Shown one piece after another: positions 1 through 10,700 of a DNA stretch of 53,022 bases; position 1 is the stretch's first letter; every line of letters starts with the position of its first letter. The DNA is taken from IMG/VR virus record IMGVR_UViG_3300044611_000205, positions 1-53,022 of that record; one strand, given 5' to 3'. The notes beneath the pieces were generated by a model that saw only the letters and a list, made by a program, of their open reading frames with translations, was not told the DNA's origin and did no database searches. The DNA comes from a virus (lineage: Duplodnaviria; Caudoviricetes). A program made the position numbers and the translations under genes.

Positions 1-72
1 CCAGATTGTCATCACTCTACGCCAGATCAAAAAATTATTCAAGAAATGAAATTAATCTTGAATAGTCACGCA
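1..72 (+). other. Inverted fragment of dnaE PHP domain (PDCHHSTPDQKIIQEMKLILNSHA); probable chimeric junction at ~69-75
   Basis: Frame +1 from base 1 reads the PHP-domain D-x-H motif segment that should follow ~35 aa after KNTF in the minus-strand dnaE, but it lies on the opposite strand. Confidence 0.8.
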
Positions 73-581
73 AATGTATTTTTAAACCAAGACAAATGTT
101 TTTTAGCAGCAGCATACTCATTATGCTCTAAGGCTTTGTTAATTAAACCAGAAGCACATCCTGATAAAACAATTAGTCCTTCTTTATATTTTTCTAATAT
201 TTCAAAATCAATTCTAGATTTTTTATAAAATCCTTCTGTCCATGCTATTTCGTTTAACCTATTTAAATTATCTAATCCTTGTTGATTTTTAGCAAGAATA
301 ATAATATGGTTATATGTAGTATCTAATGGATCTATTCTGTCTTTTTTGTCTCTTTGGTCAAATCTATCTTTTGTTATATACCCTTCAATTCCAAGTATTG
401 GCTTTATTCCATATTTTTTAACAGCCCTATACATTGGTCTATGTCCTGACAAAACTCCATGATCAGTAATTGCTATGGCTTTCATTCCTAGTTCACTTGC
501 ACGTTTAGCATACTCTTCTGGAGTCGCCACACCATCAAAAAGTGAATAGTGTGTATGAACGTGTAGTGGAACGTAACTCAA
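66..581 (-). CDS. dnaE: DNA polymerase III alpha subunit, N-terminal PHP domain (truncated at the inversion junction)
   Basis: LHVHTHYSLFDG, AITDHG, PILGIEGY, HIIILAKN and LSGC motifs; likely TTG start at 581 after AGAAGGG. Confidence 0.93.
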   Translation of the reverse strand: MSYVPLHVHTHYSLFDGVATPEEYAKRASELGMKAIAITDHGVLSGHRPMYRAVKKYGIKPILGIEGYITKDRFDQRDKKDRIDPLDTTYNHIIILAKNQQGLDNLNRLNEIAWTEGFYKKSRIDFEILEKYKEGLIVLSGCASGLINKALEHNEYAAAKKHLSWFKNTFA

Positions 582-606
582 GCCATAGCCCTTCTTGTTG
601 CTCTTT

Positions 607-1257
607 TTACCACTCTGCTGCTGCAGATGTTGCTGGGTTGTCAAATCCTAAATAGAATGCCTCTTGTTCTGCATAAGGAACTACCCTTAATGCATTTTCA
701 ATATTTGGAAATTCATATTTAGACCAATCAAATGGTTCTGCATCTTGTTTAAGTGGGATAAGGGTGTAAGTTGTTTCTGTACCCTTTCCATTACGCTTTA
801 ATTTCCAAGTCATGTTTGACAAACTTTGTGACTCAGATGCGTATTCTCTAATAGTATTAAATGTTGCTGACTTTGCAACACCCATACTCCAAATTGCAAC
901 ATGTGGATCATTTATTCCATCATCAACTAACACACTTGTATAAAATCTTAAACGTCCAGCCCAACCAGCCTTTGGATCTTTTCTGTGCATTTCTTCTGCC
1001 CAGTCTCTACCCTCGGTATCCATGGTATCTACTGCTTTACGCTTATAATCTTTTGGATTTGTGTGTTCTTTTACTACAAGTGCAAGACCACGCTTTTCTT
1101 CATAATGTGGTGAGTCTGCATCTAATTCTGCGACAAATCTTATTTGTACGCTTTGTCCATCGTCAAGTTTTAACCACTTTATTTTTGGACCATTGCTATC
1201 GTATTTTGGTTTATCGACTATTGCTTCGATATTTTTTAACCCTCTTATAATTGACAT
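607..1257 (-). CDS. Single-stranded DNA-binding protein (gp32-like)
   Basis: Located between primase and dnaE; WLKL.DG...IRF N-terminus, KRNGKGTETTY motif, short aromatic C-terminal tail; AAGGAG RBS. Confidence 0.7.
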   Translation of the reverse strand: MSIIRGLKNIEAIVDKPKYDSNGPKIKWLKLDDGQSVQIRFVAELDADSPHYEEKRGLALVVKEHTNPKDYKRKAVDTMDTEGRDWAEEMHRKDPKAGWAGRLRFYTSVLVDDGINDPHVAIWSMGVAKSATFNTIREYASESQSLSNMTWKLKRNGKGTETTYTLIPLKQDAEPFDWSKYEFPNIENALRVVPYAEQEAFYLGFDNPATSAAAEW

Positions 1258-1295
1258 ATTTCTCCTTAATGTTCTCCCTGTAAATGGGACTTACC

Positions 1296-2252
1296 CTATT
1301 GTAGCATTGTAGCGACTATATTGTCAAATTTTTTTATAAACTCTTTTAAATCATTATCAGACAAATCAGAAACATCTTTTACGTTGTTAGGCAACTTAGC
1401 AACAAAACATTTTCCTGGGCCTAGGTCTGTTATTAACTTATTAGACATGTTAGTTCCAGCCTCATCGTTATCTCCTAATGCTATGACTTGATTAAAATAC
1501 TGATTTAATAACTTTCTTTGTTCTTTTGATATTGTTGCACCTAAGGTAGCAACTGCATGAGCACCAACCTGTTCTAGTCTAATAGCATCAAATGATGATT
1601 CAACAACAAATATTTTATCTACTCTCTTATTTCTTGATAGGTTAAACAAGGTTTTGCTTTTTGGAAGGTCTGTTGAATTTTTAAATCTTTTACCTTCTAT
1701 TGATCTTCCAACAAAGCCCAAACATATTCCGTCTGGTGAATGTACTGGAATTGTAACCATGTCTTGAGAAGTAGAATATCCTAATCTATATCTATCTATG
1801 CTATCTTTATTTATACCTCTATCATCAAAATATTTCATAGCCCTAAAATTTTTAAATACATTTTCGTATAATTTTTCTATTAATTGTTCATCAAATTGAA
1901 AAAATGTTGCAGGCTTGTTTAGTGCTGAGTTTAATTTATCTACTAAATTTCTAGAATCAGATTTAGAATCAATTAATCTTATGGCTTCAAAATAAGATCG
2001 TCCAGAGATTTGCATAACTAACTCTTCAAGACTTTTAGATTCTTGACATGAAAAACACCAAAATATTCCTGTTTCTTTTGAAACTTCTCCTGCTGGAGAT
2101 CTATAGTTATTATGAAATGGACAAAAGATCATTAGATCGTTATCTAATTCATATTGTATATCTATTCCTGATGTGACGAGAATTCGCTTGACTTGTTCTT
2201 CTGAGTAGTATGTGACATCACTGGCTTGTTTTTTTCTAAGCCCATTATGCAT
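1296..2252 (-). CDS. dnaG: DNA primase (CHC2 zinc finger + TOPRIM)
   Basis: CPFH...CFSC zinc finger; VVESSFD and GDNDEAG TOPRIM motifs. Confidence 0.93.
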   Translation of the reverse strand: MHNGLRKKQASDVTYYSEEQVKRILVTSGIDIQYELDNDLMIFCPFHNNYRSPAGEVSKETGIFWCFSCQESKSLEELVMQISGRSYFEAIRLIDSKSDSRNLVDKLNSALNKPATFFQFDEQLIEKLYENVFKNFRAMKYFDDRGINKDSIDRYRLGYSTSQDMVTIPVHSPDGICLGFVGRSIEGKRFKNSTDLPKSKTLFNLSRNKRVDKIFVVESSFDAIRLEQVGAHAVATLGATISKEQRKLLNQYFNQVIALGDNDEAGTNMSNKLITDLGPGKCFVAKLPNNVKDVSDLSDNDLKEFIKKFDNIVATMLQ

Positions 2253-2485
2253 TGTGCCCTAGCCTTTCCAACATATACTCCGTATACTGATAAATTAAAA
2301 TTGAAAGTCTTACCATTATATCCTATTGTGAAGTCTGGGTCAATATCGTATCTTGGAACATATCCATTATTTCTCATTGAAGAAGTTAGCATAAAAATAT
2401 ATTGACTTTTTAATCTTACAATATAAGATTCGTCATATATCTCTCCAGATAAAGAAAATCTTTTTATAGGCTTATGGTTGTACAT
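2162..2485 (-). CDS. Hypothetical phage protein (leaderless)
   Basis: 107-aa ORF in the replication operon; TATAAT 6 nt upstream of ATG. Confidence 0.7.
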   Translation of the reverse strand: MYNHKPIKRFSLSGEIYDESYIVRLKSQYIFMLTSSMRNNGYVPRYDIDPDFTIGYNGKTFNFNLSVYGVYVGKARAQCIMGLEKNKPVMSHTTQKNKSSEFSSHQE

Positions 2486-2505
2486 AGTACAATTATATAG
2501 ACTAA

Positions 2506-3732
2506 TTATTGATTGTTTTCAAAATCTTTGTATATAAATCTTCCAGAATCAAAGTCAACATCTACCATAAATTCCCCTGAAAATCCGTGCCTATTTTTTC
2601 TAAAAGCACATTCTAAAATTGTACTGCCTTGTGCTCTTCCTAAAGCCAAAACCCAATCTGCATCATAGGCTAATTGCTTTGACCAAGCAACTTGACCAAG
2701 AGATGGAACGCTATTCATATCTGTTGCGTCGTCTGGAGTTGCTGAAGCAATTGCAACAATGGGAACTTGTGCAGATATAGCCAACACTTTTAACTCTCTT
2801 GAAATGCTTTTAATTTTTACTACTTCATTTTCTGTTGGAATATTTGATTGCATTAGTTGAATATAGTCTACAAATACTATATCTGGTGAGTATTGATCTA
2901 TCTTTCCTCTTAATACAGAAGTAGATAATTCTCCTACCCCGTCATTTGAGACAATGTGAAATGGTGGCATATTCTTTACATGTTGATCTGCCCAAAGTTT
3001 TAAAGACTCTGTGTCAATCTGTCCAGAACTTAATTTTCTATGTGAGAAAAAACCCTGGCCCATAATTGTATAGACACGATTTCTAACCTCTGTCTCTGTC
3101 ATTTCAAGAGATATTACTAACGGCTTTCTTCCATTTTTCCATGCCTGAACAGCCATAAAAAGTGCAAGCCAAGACTTACCAATAGCAGGATAAGCAAGAA
3201 GAATGCCAAACTGACCAGGAGTAATGCCTGCTGGAAGATAGTTGTCAAAACCAGCAAGATTTGTTTTAATACCATAATTGCCTTTTTCATTTAACTCCCT
3301 TATGTGTTTAAAATGTGTAATAGCATCTTCTATATCGGTAGCATCAATATCTCTAATGTTCGCAGTAATTTTTTTTAATTCCGAAGTTTTTCCAATTAAG
3401 TTATTTAAAGCATCATTTGGCTTATTGTCTTGAAGTTGCTTTGCTGTAGACATTAAAACATTGCTTAGACTATTTTGCAAAAAAGAGGTTCTTAATTCTT
3501 CTAAATGATACTTTGTATTTCCAATTTCTCCAACTGGATCAAAGTCTCTAAATTTTTCTACAACAAGTTGTATTGATGGAACTGTTGAGTTTTGCTCACT
3601 ATATTGTTTTATAAACTCCCAAACATCTTTATGTGTTCTAAACAAATCATCTGGGTTTGCTTGTAGTAGTACGTGTAGTTGCTTATCTTTTAGGACCGCT
3701 GAAAGAACTTTGGCTTCTAATTCTGTAGACAT
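2506..3732 (-). CDS. dnaB: DnaB-like replicative helicase
   Basis: Walker A AYPAIGKS, SLEM, Walker B IVFVDYIQL, DADWV, KNRHG; start at 3732 overlaps upstream stop (TAATG). Confidence 0.93.
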   Translation of the reverse strand: MSTELEAKVLSAVLKDKQLHVLLQANPDDLFRTHKDVWEFIKQYSEQNSTVPSIQLVVEKFRDFDPVGEIGNTKYHLEELRTSFLQNSLSNVLMSTAKQLQDNKPNDALNNLIGKTSELKKITANIRDIDATDIEDAITHFKHIRELNEKGNYGIKTNLAGFDNYLPAGITPGQFGILLAYPAIGKSWLALFMAVQAWKNGRKPLVISLEMTETEVRNRVYTIMGQGFFSHRKLSSGQIDTESLKLWADQHVKNMPPFHIVSNDGVGELSTSVLRGKIDQYSPDIVFVDYIQLMQSNIPTENEVVKIKSISRELKVLAISAQVPIVAIASATPDDATDMNSVPSLGQVAWSKQLAYDADWVLALGRAQGSTILECAFRKNRHGFSGEFMVDVDFDSGRFIYKDFENNQ

Positions 3733-4034
3733 TACTTTAACCATTCTTTTGCTTGTTGACGCATTATTGTACGTACTCTATCATCTTCTTCTTTTATTTT
3801 TTTTGCTGAATAAATCTTGTCTGCGTTATACGTAAACCATTTCCAACTAGGACTTGCACTAACATTAAAATAATACTCTATTAGATCGTAGCATCCTTCT
3901 AGGGTATAAGACTTTATTAAAGCGTCTGCAGCCCACTGTTCAGCATGCATATTCATAGTATCGTCTAAACCTTTTTCTTTTAAACGTTTCCTAAATTTAG
4001 TTATAAGTGCAAACTTTTGTTGCCTATTTGTCAC
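3732..4034 (-). CDS. Hypothetical phage protein
   Basis: 100-aa ORF translationally coupled to both neighbours. Confidence 0.75.
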   Translation of the reverse strand: MTNRQQKFALITKFRKRLKEKGLDDTMNMHAEQWAADALIKSYTLEGCYDLIEYYFNVSASPSWKWFTYNADKIYSAKKIKEEDDRVRTIMRQQAKEWLK

Positions 4035-4234
4035 TACTCTAACTCTTTCTTAGCCTCGTCTACTTTTGCAATAACTGAGTCTTCAACAAATTTGTAAACT
4101 CTGTTTATTGCTTCATCGGAATTTTCTTCACTACGTACAAAATCTGTACAACCAATATCTATTCTTAAACTTTGAAAATTTCCAAGATTTAATGTATATC
4201 CAAGAGTAACGGATACGCTTGTTTTATCTGACAT
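4034..4234 (-). CDS. Hypothetical phage protein
   Basis: 66-aa ORF, TLNLGNFQSLRID motif, coupled to the downstream gene. Confidence 0.75.
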   Translation of the reverse strand: MSDKTSVSVTLGYTLNLGNFQSLRIDIGCTDFVRSEENSDEAINRVYKFVEDSVIAKVDEAKKELE

Positions 4235-4237
4235 ATT

Positions 4238-4783
4238 TCACCATGTTTCTTCGGCCCAGACAGGGATAAATTCCCCATCTTTATTCTTCGTATATAACAT
4301 TATAGCGTCTCCTAGAACAGAACGCAAGTCTTTTTCTGTAAGAACATCTTTTCTTGGAGTTATCTTTCCATCTTTTCTGGGTCTTCCAACGTGTACGTGA
4401 GCCATTGCATTTCTTATCGCAAATAAATCATCTTCTGAGTAATAAGATCTTTTTTGCCAGGTTCTGGTTCCATTTAAAACGGTTCCAGTTGGTTTTGGTA
4501 TGCTTTCAGAAGATATCATTCTTTCAAATTGCATTCTAGACCTATTAAATATTCTTAAAGTATTACTAAAAGTGTATGCTCTTTTTCTATGTTTTTTAAA
4601 ATCTGTCAAAAGCATGGTTTGCTCTTTTCCATTTATATAATTATAAAAACTACAAACATTGCTTGCCCTATTTGTGTGTAAAAGTTTAACCAAGTCTTTA
4701 CCAATAAAAAATACTAAATTGCTTGGTTTTATACCTGACTGCCTGACCTTTTCGCCAAGACTACTTCCGCTGACATTATCCAT
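4238..4783 (-). CDS. Putative DNA-binding protein (MerR-like HTH, AT-hook-like GRPRK)
   Basis: Basic protein with RSYYSEDD and GRPRKDG segments. Confidence 0.55.
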   Translation of the reverse strand: MDNVSGSSLGEKVRQSGIKPSNLVFFIGKDLVKLLHTNRASNVCSFYNYINGKEQTMLLTDFKKHRKRAYTFSNTLRIFNRSRMQFERMISSESIPKPTGTVLNGTRTWQKRSYYSEDDLFAIRNAMAHVHVGRPRKDGKITPRKDVLTEKDLRSVLGDAIMLYTKNKDGEFIPVWAEETW

Positions 4784-4938
4784 TTTACACGTTCACCAAA
4801 CTTACTTATATGATCAAAAATCTCTCTTTTTCCACATTTCATACAAAAAATTTCCAAATGATCTTTTGATGAATATGATCTATCTACAAACATTCTACCA
4901 AAACATTTAGTGCATGTCAATGCTTCTTGTCTATTCAT
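4729..4938 (-). CDS. Small zinc-ribbon protein
   Basis: CTKC...CMKC pair; TGATATAAT upstream. Confidence 0.65.
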   Translation of the reverse strand: MNRQEALTCTKCFGRMFVDRSYSSKDHLEIFCMKCGKREIFDHISKFGERVKWIMSAEVVLAKRSGSQV

Positions 4939-4947
4939 AATAAAAAA

Positions 4948-4956
4948 ATTATATCA
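4948..4956 (-). promoter_or_regulatory. Extended -10 promoter TGATATAAT
   Basis: Perfect TGn-TATAAT, 9 nt before ATG at 4938. Confidence 0.65.
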
Positions 4957-4960
4957 GATG

Positions 4961-5383
4961 TTAGGATATACCTATAGCGATTAGATTTATTTGCATAGTA
5001 ACAGAACCAGTAGATCCTGATGGAAACTTTATTACCCCATCAACTCTATCTTTAGTAACCGAAGTTAATACAGCGGTAGCAGCATTACCTCCAGCCACGG
5101 TGCTTGTAGTATTTGTTAGTCCAACTACTGCTACTGGGGTAGAAGTAAAATTTGGGTAGGTAAAGAAAAACTTTTCTTCTGGGGATGTAGTAATGTTATT
5201 TATAGTTACTGATCTATTTTCTGCGTAAAACTTTAAAGCACTAGTATTGGTTGCAGTAGAGTTTACTCTAGATTGAGTAGAGGTTAACTGAGAATTTTGT
5301 AGGTCACTAACTGCCTCTACTAAAGAGGAAATTAGTGTAACGTCTATTGGTTGCCCACGGCTTGGTGTTGTAGTAGTTGCCAT
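4961..5383 (-). CDS. Putative minor tail/virion protein
   Basis: Thr/Ser-rich, beta-rich C-terminus ending INLIAIG; at the end of the tail module. Confidence 0.55.
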   Translation of the reverse strand: MATTTTPSRGQPIDVTLISSLVEAVSDLQNSQLTSTQSRVNSTATNTSALKFYAENRSVTINNITTSPEEKFFFTYPNFTSTPVAVVGLTNTTSTVAGGNAATAVLTSVTKDRVDGVIKFPSGSTGSVTMQINLIAIGIS

Positions 5384-5391
5384 ATTAATCT

Positions 5392-5400
5392 ATTATATCA
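5392..5400 (-). promoter_or_regulatory. Extended -10 promoter TGATATAAT (near-leaderless)
   Basis: 8 nt before ATG at 5383, no SD. Confidence 0.65.
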
Positions 5401-5850
5401 CTAGAAAACTATTTCGTCAGTCTCTAAAATTTTAAAAACATCTTCTTGCTCTGGGGGTAGTGGATAAGAAGGAAGTTGAACTTTAAATGTTCCAGAACTT
5501 GCAGAAGATGGTATTCTTACGTTTGCAGAATTTCCTACAAATCTTCCCAAGTATTCAAAATTTTCTGAAGTACTCCATTGTGCAAAAATATCGTGAAGTG
5601 AATTATCCACATTATAATGAACATCTTCCCATGTCAAATTTATATTTTTGTTTCCAGATGTTGGGGTAATGACATTATAAGAAAATTGCGTACTTGAACT
5701 TGCTATCTGTCCAGTGCTTTCTAATAAGAACACTGGAGACCATTCTGAGATCTCGTTATAATCTTTTGTAGTTATTCTAAATCTTATTTTGTGTTTTCCT
5801 TCAGGACCTGGTACTGGGAGTTTATTTACAGGGATAGTTACTCTTGCCAT
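5401..5850 (-). CDS. Putative minor tail protein (Ig/FN3-like)
   Basis: IRFRI...SEWSP motif; tail-tip context. Confidence 0.55.
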   Translation of the reverse strand: MARVTIPVNKLPVPGPEGKHKIRFRITTKDYNEISEWSPVFLLESTGQIASSSTQFSYNVITPTSGNKNINLTWEDVHYNVDNSLHDIFAQWSTSENFEYLGRFVGNSANVRIPSSASSGTFKVQLPSYPLPPEQEDVFKILETDEIVF

Positions 5851-6962
5851 TATAAAACACTAGTTCCAAATCTATATTCTATATAATTACTTGTATTTTC
5901 TTCTTTAGTTATAGGAGTACCACTATCTGTTGCAATAACGTTATACGCTACTAATGAATAAAGTGGATTGATTGCAGTAACATTATCAATTCTCATTCCA
6001 TCAAATAAAACATAAAAATCATCTGTAGGAATATTGTTTTCTAATGTAGAAGCATATATTCTAATTAAATTTATATTTGCCCAAGAAAATGTAGGGTCTG
6101 TGATAAATTGTGATATTGTTCTTGTTACTATTTGATACCTATTTGATCCTATGTCACCACTAGTTATGTCAAATCTTCCAACTGCTTTTGGAGATTCGGT
6201 AGAAATATTACTTAAGTTATTAACAAATTCAACAACAATTCTAACATTATCTGGAATAGCATTGTTATTGTTTGATTGACTTATAATGCTTACTGCTAAT
6301 TTTATTTTATCATTTGGAAGATTTTGACTTAAATCAAAATTTAAAGTAGAGTTTTTAATATACTTTGATTCTGGGTCTATAGAGTAACTTTGATTAATAT
6401 CTGATGAATCTCCAGCAACAAGCAAAGATCTATTCAAAAATCTTGGAGGCTCTTGTCTATTAAGTCTTTGTTGGCTATTAAAAATATTTTGCTCAGAATT
6501 AATAAATAAAAAGTCTGGAATATCTCCATCTATATTTGCATTTTCATTTCCTTGATCAATAGGTAAGTTTAAAAATTGAATAGACTCAACATTTTGATCT
6601 TCTACATAAGACCAATTTTCTGCAGGCGAAAAAGTAATTAAAACCTTGCTGTCATATTTTCCAGCAACAACATTGTTTGCTCCAGGATATAATCCTACTT
6701 CGCTAATTTTATATCTTTGATCATTAGGCATTTCTGCTTTTAAAACAATCTTTTCTTCATTACCTTCTTTTACTAAACCCCTAGAAAGAATGGGAACCCT
6801 AAATACTTCAAAGTCTAATGCATCTATGTCTGGAGAAATGGATGCAGATGCACCAGTAAATAATGGCTCTGCTCCAGCACCTACTGCAATGTGTGAGGCA
6901 AATGTAGGAACTTGTCCTAGTAAAAACTTTGCAACTATTTGTTTTCCGTCATTAGTAATCAT
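5850..6962 (-). CDS. Minor tail protein
   Basis: MITNDGK..IAVGAG..L.FEV.R..ISEVGLY N-terminus typical of tail-fibre attachment proteins. Confidence 0.65.
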   Translation of the reverse strand: MITNDGKQIVAKFLLGQVPTFASHIAVGAGAEPLFTGASASISPDIDALDFEVFRVPILSRGLVKEGNEEKIVLKAEMPNDQRYKISEVGLYPGANNVVAGKYDSKVLITFSPAENWSYVEDQNVESIQFLNLPIDQGNENANIDGDIPDFLFINSEQNIFNSQQRLNRQEPPRFLNRSLLVAGDSSDINQSYSIDPESKYIKNSTLNFDLSQNLPNDKIKLAVSIISQSNNNNAIPDNVRIVVEFVNNLSNISTESPKAVGRFDITSGDIGSNRYQIVTRTISQFITDPTFSWANINLIRIYASTLENNIPTDDFYVLFDGMRIDNVTAINPLYSLVAYNVIATDSGTPITKEENTSNYIEYRFGTSVL

Positions 6963-7774
6963 TATCTCACCTCTACAATTGTACCATTTGTGTCTATTTC
7001 AATCTCTATAAGTTCGTCTGGGGTAATGTTTATCAATTCTATCACTAATGACCCATCGTTGTCTATAAAAATATAATCATCTAAAGACTTTTCTTCTAGG
7101 TAATTCTCATCTGGTATTTTTGTAGATAGTTTTATAGAAAAAGCGTTATATAAAGAGGTGTCTGATTTTTGTGATGAAATTAAGTTTGAAGGATCAAATT
7201 CTTTTCTAATAGATGATAAATTAGAAATTATATTATAGTATGGGTTGTTTCCCTCTACAGTATCTGTTCTTGTAAATTTAGTTAATTCTACCGCTCCAAG
7301 TTTTTCAAATACCAAAGCAGTTATTTCTGCTACATCTATATTTGAATTTGTTAAAGATAAAACATTATCCTTTTCAGGTATCTTGATAGATGGAAGTTCT
7401 TGATTTTGAATTACTGAAGAATGTTCTCCACTAGATCCAGGACTGCTGACTATATCTTCTACTGGATCAACAACTGAGGTATCTGCTGTTAAAACTTTTT
7501 CATGTTTACGTTTGTTTTTATTGTTTTTATTTTTTTCATTTTCTTTTTTCATTAGTTGTGCTCTTTGCATCATCTGTGCTTTATTAGATAATGCCTTTGG
7601 CCCAATAGGACTTGAATATTGTTGAACTGCTTTAGTTTTAGTAGGCAATGTTGATGGCTTAATACCTGAAGGAATTGTTTTTCCTGATGATGACTTTGCT
7701 GCAGTGCTAGAGCCTCCACCACTTGATTTAACGGGTCCACCTATTTTAAACTTCTTGTTATAATGACCTGGCAT
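6962..7774 (-). CDS. Minor tail protein with Lys/Ser-rich low-complexity N-terminus
   Basis: Coupled ORF in the tail-tip operon. Confidence 0.55.
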   Translation of the reverse strand: MPGHYNKKFKIGGPVKSSGGGSSTAAKSSSGKTIPSGIKPSTLPTKTKAVQQYSSPIGPKALSNKAQMMQRAQLMKKENEKNKNNKNKRKHEKVLTADTSVVDPVEDIVSSPGSSGEHSSVIQNQELPSIKIPEKDNVLSLTNSNIDVAEITALVFEKLGAVELTKFTRTDTVEGNNPYYNIISNLSSIRKEFDPSNLISSQKSDTSLYNAFSIKLSTKIPDENYLEEKSLDDYIFIDNDGSLVIELINITPDELIEIEIDTNGTIVEVR

Positions 7775-10700
7775 TATACCTCCACTACCTTTATTATGCT
7801 TGACGGTCCAGAATCATCAAATCCATAATCTATTTGAGAAACTACAAATTTTGAATCCACATCTACGAACTTATCATCACTTGGTAAGGTATAATCAATT
7901 TTAACTATATCACCCAATTGTAAATGCGAAAGTCCAAAAACTTGTAGTAAAACAATTTTTCTTGGTCTTAAAGTTCTTGGTATTAACCATTCCATTAAAT
8001 TATTTGCTTGATCTTCACTTTGTATATATAGTGATTCTAAAACAAACTCTCTTCTTCCATATTTAAATCTACTGTTTTTTACACTTTGTAATACCTTTTC
8101 TCTTCTTAGTGGAGAATTTATTAAATCTGAAACAAGGTTTGACTCTGAAAAATTTGATCTTTCTTGAAAATATTTATCAACACTTAAAGAATTTGAAGTT
8201 GTTTGAGTAAAGGTGATTCCTATTATTTGTAAATAGTTTCCAGAAGTTTCGTCTAACACAATAAGTTTATCTGTGGCATTAAACACTAAAAATTCTGCAC
8301 CGTATGAGTCTGAATAAAATCCTGAAGTTGTATAAGTTTTTTCATTTCCAAATGTTGGTTTTAATATTGCTCTGAACGCAGGATATGCTTTGTCGTATTT
8401 AACATTAAAATAAGCACACTCTCTCATTATGGTTCCAAACTCTTCATAATACATTTTATATTTTGGTGCATTTTGAGCACCAATTTCTGACAAATAAGTT
8501 GCTTGAACAAATCCAGATATAGCATATTTTTTCAAGGCATCTGAAGAATTAATTTGTTTTTTTCCAAAGGTAGGAGATATTTGCTCTATTACGGTCTCGC
8601 TACTATCTTGAGAGTATTGATTTTTTAACGCATAAACATTTTCAAACATACATTTTGATCCACCCCTAATAAATAACCCCATGGTGTTATATTTTTCTTC
8701 AAGTGGAGAAGTGTCATCTACTGTAGCAATTTGTGTTCCGTTTAAGTATAAGTAAAACCTTCTAACTGTACCTATATCTTTATACTCTATAGCAAGGTCA
8801 TATACTGTAGGATTGTCTTCGTTTACTAATCTATCTTGCCCAACAAACTTTCCTTCATCAACTAATATTTTTGCTAGGCCTCCGTATAGTTTTACTGGTA
8901 CTGCTGCCTCAGCATCATTTTCTATATGTCTTTCAACTTTATAAAACAATACATTATGTAGTACTGAAAACTCTTCTCCAGTACCACTATCCACTAGATT
9001 ATAACTTTCTAAATTATCTGCAGTTAAAGAACATATTTCAAAATAGTATCCATTAATACCCTCTGGATCTAGCATAATAGCAATTCCCCCAGATCCCCCA
9101 CTTATAGCAGTAGTTTGTTCTCCAGTTGTTGAAGTTGTTATATAATACTCAGTTGCATTTGTTGGAGTTTGTAATCTTTCACTAGATTCTTTTTTACCAA
9201 TTATCCTCATTCTGGTTCCAAAATGTCTATAGTCTGAGTCCATTGTTTTTTTAACATGTGATATCAGTCCTTTTGTAGCACCCTTTGGTCCAGTAAAAGT
9301 AAGGGCAGAGGATTGAACAGTTCCTTTTGAAGTTGTTCTTAAATCCTTTACTATATCATCAGATGGTATATTCTCTCTTAAAAAATTTGCAATAATACTA
9401 TTTCTAGATGAATCTTGAGATTGTGCTTTTCCAGATATCCAAGCCTTTGTAGAACTAGTTCCTTTAGGAGGCCTTACAATTTTTGATGTTGGAGTTGTTG
9501 TAAATAAATAAGATGAAGCCATGGTGTACCCATCAACATTTTGTTTTTGTGTCCAAAAAGAATCTATTCCAGCATAGTGAGATGTGATAGAAGTACCAAA
9601 CTGTGCCCTACCACTTTTCTTTACAGCACCTTCTTTTAATACCGTAATGTAGGAGTTACTTGCACTTGTTAACTCTTCGTAAAAAGGTTCTGAATAAATT
9701 TTTATTAGACCAGTTGGATACATCTTTCCATTAAAAGGTAGATCAGAAAAATATTTTTGATAAGCAATTTCGTCAGTTATCCAAACATTACCAACATTAG
9801 CAACAGAATATTCAACTGCATCATATTTTATAACTTCTCCATTAGCATACAAAAATCCTTGAGTTCTTGGAAGCCAGTAAATGTTTTCTCCAACATCTAT
9901 AATGTTATTAACAACTTGTCCATTTTGTACAAAAGGGTCTAGATTGTTTAAATCAGAATTTAATGCTACTGCTCCTAAGGTAAAATTATTAGTTTTTGCT
10001 TTTTCATTTATTGTTTTGTAATTAACTTGTCCAGGAACTTCCCATAGAACCACTGGCTGATACCCATAAGATTTATCTTCGTCTACATAAATTGCTTGCT
10101 GTAATGACGCTGGTGCCCTTTGTACATACCTAGAAACATAGTTTATTATTCCATCATTTAAAACTCTTGTTTCTGCACTTTTAACTTCAATAATGTTTGG
10201 AAGATTCCCACCTTCTTGTTGTCCATACAGTGTTAAATCTTCATTTCTATCTACAGTATCTGGTAGTAAATATTCTTTACTCATTACTACAAAATTATTA
10301 TATTCATCAAAAAACATAGAAGTTTGTGTTGCTATAGCAATTCTATTTAATACCTCTGCAACATTTGCTTCTGGCTCAACAAACAAGTATGGAATAACTG
10401 GATCATTCTTTCCTTCTATATTTTTAAAAATATAATTACTGAATCCAATATTATCTAACAATACTGCAATTGCAAAAGTTAATGAGACATTTTGAAAAAA
10501 CATTGCAGGGCATGATTCATTTTCAAATCTAAAAAAATTATCTCTTAAAGTTACATCTACATTAAGAAGCCCACTTCCCATATTTGGAAATTCTTCAACA
10601 TACATACTTTTTAATGGTACAAATTTATCAAAACCGTTTACATTTTTTACTATTTCATAAAAATCAACTCTAGTATTTGGATTCAAAAGTTTTGCAATTA

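Noticed and set aside
40-70. TGA readthrough or alternative genetic code in dnaE
   Set aside because: Sequence past the TGA (LFKINFIS-stop) is not DnaE-like, TGA ends other genes normally, and the inversion explains the break.
66-644. Split-intein DnaE or a 21-aa N-terminal extension
   Set aside because: There is no intein N-terminal motif at the break. The extension overlaps the SSB gene, and a TTG with an RBS at 581 fits better.
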